This document shows, in pieces, positions 26,401-40,500 of a stretch of 64,000 nucleotides of DNA (positions are counted from its first letter, which is position 1; the number at the start of each line of letters is the position of its first letter). The stretch comes from the human T2T-CHM13v2.0 reference genome, Homo sapiens, in NCBI RefSeq assembly GCF_009914755.1, contig NC_060925.1. One strand, given 5' to 3'. A model generated the notes under the pieces. It saw nothing but the letters and a program-made list of their open reading frames with translations, had not been told where the DNA came from and made no database searches. The position numbers and the translations under genes were made by a program.

Positions 26401-29400
26401 TTGGAAACGGGATTTCTTCATATTCTGCTAGACAGAAGAATTCTCAGTAACTTCCTTGTGTTGTGTGTATTCAACTCACAGAGTTGCACGATCCTTTACA
26501 CAGAGCAGACTTGAAACACTCTTTTTGTGGAATTTGCAAGTGGAGATTTCAGCCACTTTGAGGTCAATGGTAGAATAGGAAATATCTTCCTATAGAAACT
26601 AGACAGAATGATTCTCAGAAACTCCTTTGTGATGTGTGCGTTCAACTCACAGAATTTAACATTTCTTTTCATAGAGCAGTTAGGAAACACTCTGTTTGTA
26701 AAGTCTGTAAGTGGATATTCAGACCTCTTTGAGGCCTTCGTTGGAAACGGGATTTCTTCGTATTCTGCTAGACAGAACAATTCTCAGTAACTTCCTTGTG
26801 TTGTGTGTATTCAACTCACAGAGTTGAACGATCCTTTACAGAGAGCAGACTTGAAACACTCTTTTTGTGGAATTTGCAAGTGGAGATTTCAGCCGCTTTG
26901 AGGTCAATGGTAGAATATGAAATATCTTCGTAGAAAAACTAGACAGAATGATTCTCAGAAAATCCTTTGTGATGTGTGCGTTCAACTCACAGAGTTTAAC
27001 CTTTCTTTTCATAGAGCAGTTAGGAAACACTCTGTTTGTAAAGTCTGCAAGTGGATATTCAGACCTCTTTGAGGCCTTCGTTGGAAACGTTATTTCTTCA
27101 TATTATGCTAGACAGAATAATTCTCAGTAACTTCCTTGTGTTGTGTGTATTCAACTCACAGAGTTGAACGATCCTTTACACAGAGCAGACTTGAAACACT
27201 CTTTTTGTGGAATTTGTAAGTGGAGATTTCAGCCGCTTTGAGGTCAATGGTAGAATAGGAAATATCATCGTAGAAAAACTAGACAGAATGATTCTCAGAA
27301 ACTCCTTTGTGATGTGTGCGTTCAACTCACAGTGTTTAACTTTTCTTTTCATAGAACAGTTAGGAAACACTCTGTTTGTAAAGTCTGCAAGTGGATATTC
27401 AGACCTCTTTGAGGCCTTCGTTGGAAACGGGATTTCTTCATATTCTGATAGACAGAACAATTCTCAGTAACTTCCTTGTGTTGTGTGTATTCAACTCACA
27501 GAGTTGAACGATCCTTTACACAGAGCAGACTTGAAACACTCTTTTTGTGGAATTTGCAAGTGGAGATTTCAGCCACTTTGAGGTCAATGGTAGAATAGGA
27601 AATATCTTCCTATAGAAACTAGACAGAATGATTCTCAGAAACTCCTTTGTGATGTGTGCGTTCAATTCACAGAATTTAACATTTCTTTTCATAGAGCAGT
27701 TAGGAAACACTCTGTTTGTAAAGTCTGCAAGTGGATATTCAGACCTCTTTGAGGCCTTCGTTGGAAACGGGATTTCTTCATATTCTGCTAGACAGAAGAA
27801 TTCTCAGTAACTTCCTTTTGTTGTGTGTATTCAACTCACAGAGTTGAACGATCCTTTACACAGAGCAGACTTGAAACACTCTTTTTGTGGAATTTCCAAG
27901 TGGAGATTTCAGCCGCTTTGAGGTCAATGGTAGAATAGGAAATATCTTCGTAGAAAAACTAGACAGAATGATTCTCAGAAACTCCTTTGTGATGTGTGCG
28001 TTCAACTCACAGAGTTTAACTTTTCTTTTCATAGAGCAGTTAGGAAACACTCTGTTTGTAAAGTCTGCAAGTGGATATTCAGACCTCTTTGAGGCCTTCG
28101 TTGGAAACGGGATTTCTTCATATTCTGCTAGACAGAAGAATTCTCAGTAACTTCCTTGTGTTGTGTGTATTCAACTCACAGAGTTGAACGATCCTTTACA
28201 CAGAGCAGACTTGAAACACTCTTTTTGTGGAATTTGCAAGTGGAGATTTCAGCCGCTTTGAAGTCAATGGTAGAAAAGGAAACTATCTTCGTATAAAGAC
28301 TAGACAGAATGATTCTCAGAAAATCCTTTGTGATGTGTGCGTTCAACTCACAGAGTTTAACTTTTCTTTTCATAGAGCAGTTAGGAAACACTCTGTTTGT
28401 AAAGTCTGCAAGTGGATATTCAGACCCTTTTGAGGCCTTCGTTGGAAACGGGATTTCTTCATATTATGCTAGACAGAAGAATTCTCAGTAACTTCCTTGT
28501 GTTGTGTTTATTCAACTGACAGAGTTGAACTTTCATTTAGAGAGAGCAGATTTGAAACACTGTTTTTGTGGAATTTGCAAGTGGAGATTTCAAGCGCTTT
28601 GGGGCCAAAGGCAGAAAACGAAATATCTTCGTATAAAAACTAGACAGAATCATTCTCAGAAACTGCTGCGTGATGTGTGCGTTCAACTCTCAGAGTTTAA
28701 CTTTTCTTTTAATTCAGCGGTTTGGAAACACTCTGTTTGTAAAGTCTGCACGTGGATATTTTGACCACTTAGAGGCCTTCGTTGGAAACGGGTTTTTTGC
28801 ATGTAAGGCTAGACAGAAGAATTCCCAGTAACTTCCTTGTGTTGTGTGCATTCAACTCACAGAGTTGAACGTTCCCTTAGACAGAGCAGATTTGAAACAC
28901 TCTATTTGTGCAATTTGCAAGTGTAGATTTCAAGCGCTTTAAGGTCAATGGCAGAAAAGGAAATATCTTCGTTTCAAAACTAGACAGAATCATTCCCACA
29001 AACTGCGTTGTGATGTGTTCGTTCAACTCACAGAGTTTAACCTTTCTGTTCATAGAGCAGTTAGGAAACACTCTGTTGTAAAGTCTGTAAGTGGATATTC
29101 TGACATCTTGTGGCCTTCGTTGGAAACGGGATTTCTTCATATTCTGCTAGACAGAAGAATTCTCAGTAACTTCCTTGTGTTGTGTGTATTCAACTCACAG
29201 AGTTGAACGATCCTTTACACAGAGCGGACTTGAAACACTCTTTTTGTGGAATTTGCAAGTGGAGATTTCAGCCGCTTTGAGGTCAATGGTAGAATAGGAA
29301 ACTATCTTCGTAGAAAAATTAGACAGAATGATTCTCAGAAAATCCTTTGTGATGTGTGCGTTCAACTCACAGAGTTTAACTTTTCTATTCATAGAGCAGT

Positions 29401-31653
29401 TAGGAAACACTCTGTTTGTAAAGTCTGCAAGTGGATATTCAGACCTCTTTGAGGCCTTCGTTGGAAACGTTATTTCTTCATATTATGCTAGACAGAATAA
29501 TTCTCAGTAACTTCCTTGTGTTGTGTGTATTCAACTCACAGAGTTGAACGATCCTTTACACAGAGCAGACTTGAAACACTCTTTTTGTGGAATTTGCAAG
29601 TGGAGATTTCATCCAATTTGAGGTCAATAGTAGAAAAGGAAATATCTTCGTAGAAAAACTAGACAGAATGATTCTCAGAAAGTCCTTTGTGATGTGTGTT
29701 TTCAACTCACAGAGTTTAACCTTTCTTTTCATAGAGCAGTTAGTAAACACTCTGTTTATAAAGTCTGTAAGTGGATAATCAGACCCCTTTGAGGCCTTCG
29801 TTGGAAACGGGATTTCTTCATATTATGCTAGACAGAAGAATTCTCAGTAACTTCCTTGTGTTGTGTTTATTCAACTGACAGAGTTGAACTTTCATTTAGA
29901 GAGAGCAGATTTGAAACACTGTTTTTGTGGAATTTGCAAGTGGAGATTTCAAGCGCTTTGGGGCCAAAGGCAGAAAAGGAAATATCTTCGTATAAAAACT
30001 AGACAGAATGATTCTCAGAAACTGCTGCGTGATGTGTGCGTTCAACTCTCAGAGTTTAACTTTTCTTTTCATTCAGCGGTTTGGAAACACTCTGTTTGTA
30101 AAGTCTGCACGTGGATATTTTGACCACTTAGAGGCCTTCGTTGGAAACGGGTATTTTTCATGTAAGGCTAGACAGAAGAATTCCCAGTAAATTCCTTGTG
30201 TTGTGTGCATTCAACTCACAGAGTTGAACGATCCCTTAGACAGAGCAGATTTGAAACACTCTATTTGTGCAATTTGCAAGTGTAGATTTCAAGCGCTTTA
30301 AGGTCAATGGCAGAAAAGGGAATATCTTCGTTTCAAAACTAGACAGAATCATTCCCACAAACTGGGTTGTGATGTGTTCGTTCAACTCACAGAGTTTAAC
30401 CTTTCTGTTCATAGAGCAGTTAGGAAACACTCTGTTTGTAAAGGCTGTAAGTGGATATTCTGACATCTTGTGGCCTTCGTTGGAAACGGGATTTCTTCAT
30501 ATTCTGCTAGACAGAAGAATTCTCAGTAACTTCCTTGTGTTGTGTGTATTCAACTCACAGAGTTGCACGATCCTTTACACAGAGCAGACTTGAAACACTC
30601 TTTTTGTGGAATTTGCAAGTGGAGATTTCAGCCACTTTGAGGTCAATGGTAGAATAGGAAATATCTTCCTATAGAAACTAGACAGAATGATTCTCAGAAA
30701 CTCCTTTGTGATGTGTGCGTTCAACTCACAGAATTTAACATTTCTTTTCATAGAGCAGTTAGGAAACACTCTGTTTGTAAAGTCTGTAAGTGGATATTCA
30801 GACCTCTTTGAGGCCTTCGTTGGAAACGGGATTTCTTCGTATTCTGCTAGACAGAACAATTCTCAGTAACTTCCTTGTGTTGTGTGTATTCAACTCACAG
30901 AGTTGAACGATCCTTTACAGAGAGCAGACTTGAAACACTCTTTTTGTGGAATTTGCAAGTGGAGATTTCAGCCGCTTTGAGGTCAATGGTAGAATATGAA
31001 ATATCTTCGTAGAAAAACTAGACAGAATGATTCTCAGAAAATCCTTTGTGATGTGTGCGTTCAACTCACAGAGTTTAACCTTTCTTTTCATAGAGCAGTT
31101 AGGAAACACTCTGTTTGTAAAGTCTGCAAGTGGATATTCAGACCTCTTTGAGGCCTTCGTTGGAAACGTTATTTCTTCATATTATGCTAGACAGAATAAT
31201 TCTCAGTAACTTCCTTGTGTTGTGTGTATTCAACTCACAGAGTTGAACGATCCTTTACACAGAGCAGACTTGAAACACTCTTTTTGTGGAATTTGTAAGT
31301 GGAGATTTCAGCCGCTTTGAGGTCAATGGTAGAATAGGAAATATCATCGTAGAAAAACTAGACAGAATGATTCTCAGAAACTCCTTTGTGATGTGTGCGT
31401 TCAACTCACAGTGTTTAACTTTTCTTTTCATAGAACAGTTAGGAAACACTCTGTTTGTAAAGTCTGCAAGTGGATATTCAGACCTCTTTGAGGCCTTCGT
31501 TGGAAACGGGATTTCTTCATATTCTGATAGACAGAACAATTCTCAGTAACTTCCTTGTGTTGTGTGTATTCAACTCACAGAGTTGAACGATCCTTTACAC
31601 AGAGCAGACTTGAAACACTCTTTTTGTGGAATTTGCAAGTGGAGATTTCAGCC
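23380..31653 (+). repeat. Tandem duplication of a 4079 bp (24-monomer) unit
   Basis: Twelve consecutive dimers recur at +4079 (ORF markers 23437/27516 through 27176/31255). Shared rare variants include aatttccaag, gcagaaaacg, the 1 bp deletion ctctgttgta, aaaggctgta, agaatatgaa and aatatcatcg. Confidence 0.9.
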
Positions 31654-34599
31654 GCTTTGAGGTCAATAGTAGAAAAGGAAATGTCTTCGTAGAAAAACTA
31701 GACAGAATGATTCTCATAAACTCCTTTGTGATGTGTGCGTTCAACTCACAGAGTTTAACCTTTCTTTTCATAGAGCAGTTAGGAAACACTCTGTTTGTAA
31801 AGTCTGCAAGTGGATATTCAGACCTGTTTGAGGCCTTCGTTGGAAACGGGATTTCTTCATATTCTGCTAGACAGAAGAATTCTCAGTAACTTCCTTGTGT
31901 TGTGTGTATTCAACTCACAGAGTTGAACGATCCTTTACACAGAGCAGACTTGAAACACTCTTTTTGTGGAATTTGCAAGTGTAGATTTCAAGCGCTTTAA
32001 GGTCAATGGCAGAAAAGGAAATATCATCGTTTCAAAACTAGACAGAATCATTCCCACAAACTGCGTTGTGATGTGTTCGTTCAACTCACAGAGTTTAACC
32101 TTTCTGTTCATAAAGCAGTTAGGAAACACTCTGTTTGTAAAGTCTGTAAGTGGATATTCTGACATCTTGTGGCCTTCGTTGGAAACGGGATTTCTTCATA
32201 TTCTGCTAGACAGAAGAATTCTCAGTAACTTCCTTGTGTTGTGTGTATTCAACTCACAGAGTTGAACGATCCTTTACACAGAGCAGACTTGAAACACTCT
32301 TTTTGTGGAATTTGCAAGTGGAGATTTCAGCCGCTTTCAGGTCAATGGTAGAAAAGGAAATATCTTCGTATAAAGACTAGACAGAATGATTCTCAGAAAC
32401 TCCTTTGTGATGTGTGCGTTCAACTCACAGAGTTTAACTTTCCTTTTCATAGAGCAGTTAGGAAACACTCTGTTTGTAAAGTCTTCATGTGGATATTCAT
32501 TCCTCTTTGAGGCCTTCGTTGGAAACGGGATTTCTTCATATTCTGCTAGACAGAAGAATTCTCAGTAACTTCCTTGTGTTGTGTGTATTCAACTCACAGA
32601 GTTGAACGATCCTTTACAGAGAGCAGACTTGAAACACTCTTTTTGTGGAATTTGCAAGTGGAGATTTCAGCCGCTTTGAGGTCAATGGTAGAATAGGAAA
32701 TATCTTCGTAGAAAAACTAGACAGAATGATTCTCAGAAACTCCTTTGTGATGTGTGCGTTCAACTCACAGAGTTTAACTTTTCTTTTCATAGAGCAGTTA
32801 GGAAACACTCTGTTTGTAAAGTCTGCAAGTGGATATTCAGACCTCTTTGAGGCCTTCCTTGGAAACGGGATTTCTTCATATTCTGCTAGACAGAAGAATT
32901 CTCAGTAACTTCCTTGTGTTGTGTGTATTCAACTGACAGAGTTGAACGATCCTTTACAGAGAGCAGACTTGAAACACTCTTTTTGTGGAATTTGCAAGTG
33001 GAGATTTCAGCCGCTTTGAGGTCAATGGTAGAATAGGAAATATCTTCCTATAGAAACTAGACAGAATGATTCTCATAAACTCCTTTGTGATGTGTGCGTT
33101 CAACTCACAGAGTTTAACCTTTCTTTTCATAGAGCAGTTAGGAAACACTCTGTTTGTAAAGTCTGCAAGTGGATATTCAGACCTCTTTGAGGCCTTCGTT
33201 GGAAACGGGATTTCTTCATATTCTGCTAGACAGAAGAATTCTCAGTAACTTCCTTGTGTTGTGTGTATTCAACTCACAGAGTTGAACGATCCTTTACACA
33301 GAGCAGACTTGAAACACTCTTTTTGTGGAATTTGCAAGAGTAGATTTCAAGCGCTTTAAGGTCAATGGCAGAAAAGGAAATATCTTCGTTTCAAAACTAG
33401 ACAGAATCATTCCCACAAACTGCGTTGTGATGTGTTCGTTCAACTCACAGAGTTTAACCTTTCTGTTCATAGAGCAGTTAGGAAACACTCTGTTTGTAAA
33501 GTCTGTAAGTGGATATTCTGACATCTTGTGGCCTTCGTTGGAAACGGGATTTCTTCATATTCTGCTGGACAGAAGAATTCTCAGTAACTTCCTTGTGTTG
33601 TGTGTATTCAACTCACAGAGTTGAACGATCCTTTACACAGAGCAGACTTGAAACTCTCTTTTTGTGGAATTTGCAAGTGGAGATTTCAGCCGCTTTGAGG
33701 TCAATGGTAGAATAGGAAATATCTTCCTATAGAAAATAGACAGAATGATTCTCAGAAACTCCTTTGTGATGTGTGCGTTCAACTCACAGAGTTTAACTTT
33801 TCTTTTCATAGAGCAGTTAGGAAACACTCTGTTTGTAATGTCTGCAAGTGGATATTCAGACCTCTTTGAGGCCTTCGTTGGAAACGGGATTTCTTCATAT
33901 TATGCTAGACAGAATAATTCTCTGTAACTTCCTTGTTTTGTGTGTATTCAACTCACAGAGTTGAACGATCCTTTACACAGAGCAGACTTGAAACACTCTT
34001 TTTGTGGAATTTGCAAATGGAGATTTCAGCCGCTTTGAGGTCAAAGGTAGAATAGGAAATATCTTCCTATAGAAACTAGACAGAATGATTCTCATAAACT
34101 TCTTTGTGATGTGTGCATTCAACTCACAGAGTTTCACCTTTCTTTTCATAGAGCAGTTAGGAAACACTCTGTTTGTAAAGTCTGCAAGTAGATATTCAGA
34201 CCTCCTTGAGGTCTTCGTTGGAAACGGGATTTCTTCATATTCTGCTAGATAGAAGAATTCTCAGTAACTTCCTTGTGTTGTGTGTATTCAACTCACAGAG
34301 TTGAACGATCCTTTACACAGAGCATACTTGAAACACTCTTTTTGTGGAATTTGCAAGTGGAGATTTCAGCCGCTTTGAGGTCAATGGTAGAAAAGGAAAC
34401 TATCTTCGTATAAAGACTAGACAGAATGATTCTCAGAAAATCCTTTGTGATGTGTGCGTTCAACTCACAGAGTTTAACTTTTCTTTTCATAGAGCAGTTA
34501 GGAAACACTCTGTTTGTAAAGTCTGCAAGTGGATATTCAGACCTCTTTGAGGCCTTCGTTGGAAACGGGGTTTCTTCATATTGTGCTAGACAGAATAAT

Positions 34600-37500
34600 T
34601 CTCAGTAACTTCCTTGTGTTGTGTGTATTCAACTCACAGAGTTGAACGATCCTTTACAGAGAGCAGACTTGAAACACTCTTTTTGTGGAATTTGCAAGTG
34701 GAGATTTCAGCCGCTTTGAGGTCAATGGTAGAATAGGAAATATCTTCCTATAGAAACTAGACAGAATGACTCTCATAAACTCCTTTGTGATGTGTGCGTT
34801 CAACTCACAGAGTTTAACCTTTCTTTTCATAGAGCAGTTAGGAAACACTCTGTTTGTAAAGTCTGCAAGTGGATATTCAGACCTCTTTGAGACCTTCGTT
34901 GGAAACGGGATTTCTTCATATTCTGCTAGACAGAAGAATTCTCAGTAACTTCCTTGTGTTGTCTGTATTCAACTCACAGAGTTGAACGATCCTTTACACA
35001 GAGCATACTTGAAACACTCTTTTTGTGGAATTTGCAAGTGTAGATTTCAAGCGATTTAAGGTCAATGGCAGAAAAGGAAATACCTTCGTTTCAAAATTAG
35101 ACAGAATCATTCCCACAAACTGCGTTGTGATGTGTTCGTTCAACTCACAGAGTTTAACCTTTCTGTTCATAGAGCAGTTAGGAAACACTCTGTTTGTAAA
35201 GTCTGTAAGTGGATATTCTGACATCTTGTGGCCTTCGTTGGAAACGGGATTTCTTCATATTCTGCTAGACAAAAGAATTCTCAGTAACTTCCTTGTGTTG
35301 TGTGTATTCAACTCACAGAGTTGAACGATCCTTTACACAGAGCAGACTTGAAACACTCTTTTTGTGGAATTTGCAAGTGGAGATTTCAGCCGCTTTGAGG
35401 TCAATGGTAGAAAAGGAAATATCTTCGTATAAAGACTAGACAGAATGATTCTCAGAAACTCCTTTGTGATGTGTGCGTTCAACTCACAGAGTTTAACTTT
35501 CCTTTTCATAGAGCAGTTAGGAAACACTCTGTTTGTAAAGTCTGCAAGTGGATATTCAGACCTCTTTGAGGCCTTCTTTGGAAACGGGATTTCTTCATAT
35601 TCTGATATACAGAAGAATTCTCAGTAACTTCCTTGTGTTGTGTGTATTCAACTCACAGAGTTGAACGATCCTTTACAGAGAGCAGACTTGAAACACTCTT
35701 TTTGAGGAATTTGCAAGTGGAGATTTCAGCCGCTTTGAGGTCAATGGTAGAATAGGAAATATCTTCGTAGAAAAACTAGACAGAATGATTCTCAGAAACT
35801 CCTTTGTGATGTGTGCGTTCAACTCACAGAGTTTAACTTTTCTTTTCATAGAGCAGGTAGGAAACACTCTGTTTGTAAAGTCTGCAAGTGGATATTCAGA
35901 CCTCTTTGAGGCCTTCGTTGGAAACGGGATTTCTTCATATTCTGCTAGACAGAAGAATTCTCAGTAACTTCCTTGTGTTGTGTGTATTCAACTCACAGAG
36001 TTGAACGATCCTTTACACAGAACAGACTTGAAACACTCTTTTTGTGGAATTTGCAAGTGGAGATTTCAGCCGCTTTGAGGTCAATGGTAGAAAAGGAAAC
36101 TATCTTCGTATAAAGACTAGACAGAATGATTCTCAGAAAATCCTTTGTGATGTGTGCGTTCAACTCACAGAGTTTAACTTTTCTTTTCATAGAGCAGTTA
36201 GGAAACACTCTGTTTGTAAAGTCTGCAAGTGGATATTCAGACCACTTTGAGGCCTTCGTTGGAAACGGGATTTCTTCATATTGTGCTAGACGGAATAATT
36301 CTCAGTAACTTCCTTGTGTTGTGTGTATTCAACTCACAGAGTTGAACGATACTTTACAGAGAGCAGACTTGAAACACTCTTTTTGTGGAATTTGCAAGTG
36401 GAGATTTCAGCCGCTTTGAGGTCAATTGTAGAATAGGAAATATCTTCCTATAGAAACTAGACAGAATGATTCTCATAAACTCCTTTGTGATGTGTGCGTT
36501 CAACTCACAGAGTTTAACTTTTCTTTTCATAGAGCAGTTAGGAAACACTCTGTTTGTAAAGTCTGCAAGTGGATATTCAGACCTCCTTGAGGCCTTCGTT
36601 GGAAACGGGATTTCTTCATATTCTGCTAGACAGAAGAATTCTCAGTAACTTCCTTGTGTTGTGTGTATTCAACTCACAGAGTTGAACGATCCTTTACACA
36701 GAGCAGACTTGAAACACTCTTTTTGTGGAATTTGCAAGTGGAGATTTCAGCCGCTTTGAGGTCAATGGTAGAAAAGGAAACTATCTTCGTATAAAGACTA
36801 GACAGAATGATTCTCAGAAAATCCTTTGTGATGTGTGCGTTCAACTCACAGAGTTTAACTTTTCTTTTCATAGAGCAGTTAGGAAACACTCTGTTTGTAA
36901 AGTCTGCAAGTGGATATTCAGACCTCTTTGAGGCCTTCGTTGGAAACGGGGTTTCTTCATATTGTGCTAGACAGAATAATTGTCAGTAACTTCCTTGTGT
37001 TGTGTGTATTCAACTCACAGAGTTGAACGATCCTTTACAGAGAGCAGACTTGAAACACTCTTTTTGTGGAATTTGCAAGTGGAGATTTCAGCCGCTTTGA
37101 GGTCAATGGTAGAATAGGAAATATCTTCCTATAGAAACTAGACAGAATGATTCTCATAAACTCCTTTGTGATGTGTGCGTTCAACTCACAGAGTTTAACC
37201 TTTCTTTTCATAGAGCAGTTAGGAAACACTCTGTTTGTAAAGTCTGCAAGTGGATATTCAGACCTCTTTGAGGCCTTCGTTGGAAACGGGATTTCTTCAT
37301 ATTCTGCTAGACAGAAGAATTCTCAGTAACTTCCTTGTGTTGTGTGTACTCAACTCACAGAGTTGAACGATCCTTTACACAGAGCAGACTTGAAACACTC
37401 TTTTTGTGGAATTTGCAAGTGTAGATTTCAAGCGCTTTAAGGTCAATGGCAGAAAAGGAAATATCTTCGTTTCAAAACTAGACAGAATCATTCCCACAAA

Positions 37501-40500
37501 CTGCGTTGTGACGTGTTCGTTCAACTCACAGAATTTAACCTTTCTGTTCATAGAGCAGTTAGGAAACACTCTGTTTGTAAAGTCTGTAAGTGGATATTCT
37601 GACGTCTTGTGGCCTTCGTTGGAAACGGGATTTCTTCATATTCTGCTGGACAGAAGAATTCTCAGTAACTTCCTTGTGTTGTGTGTATTCAACTGACAGA
37701 GTTGAACGATCCTTTACACAGAGCAGACTTGAAACACTCTTTTTGTGGAATTTGCAAGTGGAGATTTCAGCCGATTTGAGGTCAATGGTAGAATAGGAAA
37801 TATCTTCCTATAGAAACTAGACAGAATGATTCTCATAAACTCCTTTGTGATGTGTGCATTCAACTCACAGAGTTTCACCTTTCTTTTCATAGAGCAGTTA
37901 GGAAACACTCTGTTTGTAAAGTCTGCAAGTGGATATTCAGACCTCCTTGAGGTCTTCGTTGGAAACGGGATTTCTTCATATTCTGCTAGATAGAAGAATT
38001 CTCAGTAACTTCCTTGTGTTGTGTGTATTCAACTCACAGAGTTGAACGATCCTCTACACAGAGCAGACTTGAAACACTCTTTTTGTGGAATTTGCAAGTG
38101 GAGATTTCAGCCGCTTTGAGGTCAATGGTAGAAAAGGAAACTATCTTCGTATAAAGACTAGACAGAATGATTCTCAGAAAATCCTTTGTGACGTGTGCGT
38201 TCAACTCACAGAGTTTAACTTTTCTTTTCATAGAGCAGTTAGGAAACACTCTGTTTGTAAAGTCTGCAAGTGGATATTCAGACCTCTTTGAGGCCTTCGT
38301 TGGAAACGGGATTTCTTCATATTCTGCTAGACAGAAGAATTCTCAGTAACTTCCTTGTGTTGTGTGTATTCAACTCACAGAGTTGAACGATCCTTTACAG
38401 AGAGCAGACTTGAAACACTCTTTTTGTGGAATTTGCAAGTGGAGATTTCAGCCGCTTTGAGGTCAATGGTAGAATAGGAAATATCTTCGTAGAAAAACTA
38501 GACAGAATGATTCTCAGAAACTCCTTTGTGATGTGTGCGTTCAACTCACAGAGTTTAACTTTTCTTTTCATAGAGCAGTTAGGAAACACTCTGTTTGTAA
38601 AGTCTGCAAGTGGATATTCAGACCTCTTTGAGACCTTCGTTGGAAACGGGATTTCTTCATATTCTGCTAGACAGAAGAATTCTCAGTAACTTCCTTGTGT
38701 TGTGTGTATTCAACTCACAGAGTTGAACGATCCTTTACAGAGAGCAGACTTGAAACACTCTTTTTGTGGAATTTGCAAGTGGAGATTTCAGCCGCTTTGA
38801 GGTCAATGGTAGAATAGGAAATATCTTCCTATAGAAACTAGACAGAATGATTCTCAGAAAGTCCTTTGTGATGTGTTTGTTCAACTCACAGAGTTTAACC
38901 TTTCTTTTCATAGAGCAGTTAGGAAACACTCTGTTTGTAAAGTCTGCAAGTGGATATTCAGACCTCTTTGAGGCCTTCGTTGGAAACGGGATTTCTTCAT
39001 ATTCTGCTAGACAGAAGAATTCTCAGTAACTTCCTTGTGTTGTGTGTATTCAACTCACAGAGTTGAACGATCCTTTACACAGAGCAGACTTGAAACACTC
39101 TTTTTGTGGAATTTGCAACTGTAGATTTCAAGCGCTTTAAGGTCAATGGCAGAAAAGGAAATATCTTCGTTTCAAAACTAGACAGAATCATTCCCACAAA
39201 CTGCGTTGTGATGTGTTCGTTCAACTCACAGAGTTTAACCTTTCTGTTCATAGAGCAGTTAGGAAACACTCTGTTTGTAAAGTCTGCAAGTGGATATTCA
39301 GACCTCTTTGAAGCCTTCGATGGAAACGGGATTTCTTCATATTCTGCTAGACAGAAGAATTCTCAGTAACTTCCTTGTGTTGTGTGTATTCAACTCACAG
39401 AGTTGAACGATCCTTTACACAGAGCAGACTTGAAACACTCTTTTTGTGGAATTTGCAAGTGGAGATTTCATCCACTTTGAGGTCAATAGTAGAAAAGGAA
39501 ATATCTTCGTAGAAAAACTAGACAGAATGATTCTCAGAAAGTCCTTTGTGATGTGTGTGTTCAACTCACAGAGTTTAACCTTTCTTTTCATAGAGCAGTT
39601 AGTAAACACTCTGTTTATAAAGTCTGCAAGTGGATAATCAGACCCCTTTGAGGCCTTCGTTGGAAACGGGATTTCTTCATATTATGCTAGACAGAAGAAT
39701 TCTCAGTAACTTCCTTGTGTTGTGTGTATTCAACTGACAGAGTTGAACTTTCATTTAGAGAGAGCAGATTTGAAACACTGTTTTTGTGGAATTTGCAAGT
39801 GGAGATTTCAAACGCTTTGGGGCCAAAGGCAGAAAAGGAAATATCTTCGTATAAAAACTAGACAGAATCATTCTCAGAAACTGCTGTGTGATGTGTGCGT
39901 TCAACTCTCAGAGTTTAACTTTTCTTTTCATTCAGCGGTTTGGAAACACTCTGTTTGTAAAGTCTGCACGTGGATATTTTGACCACTTAGAGGCCTTCGT
40001 TGGAAACGGGTTTTTTTCATGTAAGGCTAGACAGAAGAATTCCCAGTAACTTCCTTGTGTTGTGTGCATTCAACTCACAGAGTTGAACGTTCCCTTAGAC
40101 AGTGCAGATTTGAAACACTCTATTTGTGCAATTTGCAAGTGTAGATTTCAAGCGCTTTAAGGTCAATGGCAGAAAAGGAAATATCTTCGTTTCAAAACTA
40201 GACAGAATCATTCCCACAAACTGCGTTGTGATGTTTTCGTTCAACTCACAGAGTTTAACCTTTCTGTTCATAGAGCAGTTAGGAAACACTCTGTTTGTAA
40301 AGTCTGTAAGTGGATATTCTGACATCTTGTGGCCTTCGTTGGAAACGGGATTTCTTCATATTCTGCTAGACAGAAGAATTCTCAGTAACTTCCTTGTGTT
40401 GTGTGTATTCAACTCACAGAGTTGAACGATCCTTTACACAGAGCGGACTTGAAACACTCTTTTTGTGGAATTTGCAAGTGGAGATTTTAGCCGATTTGAG

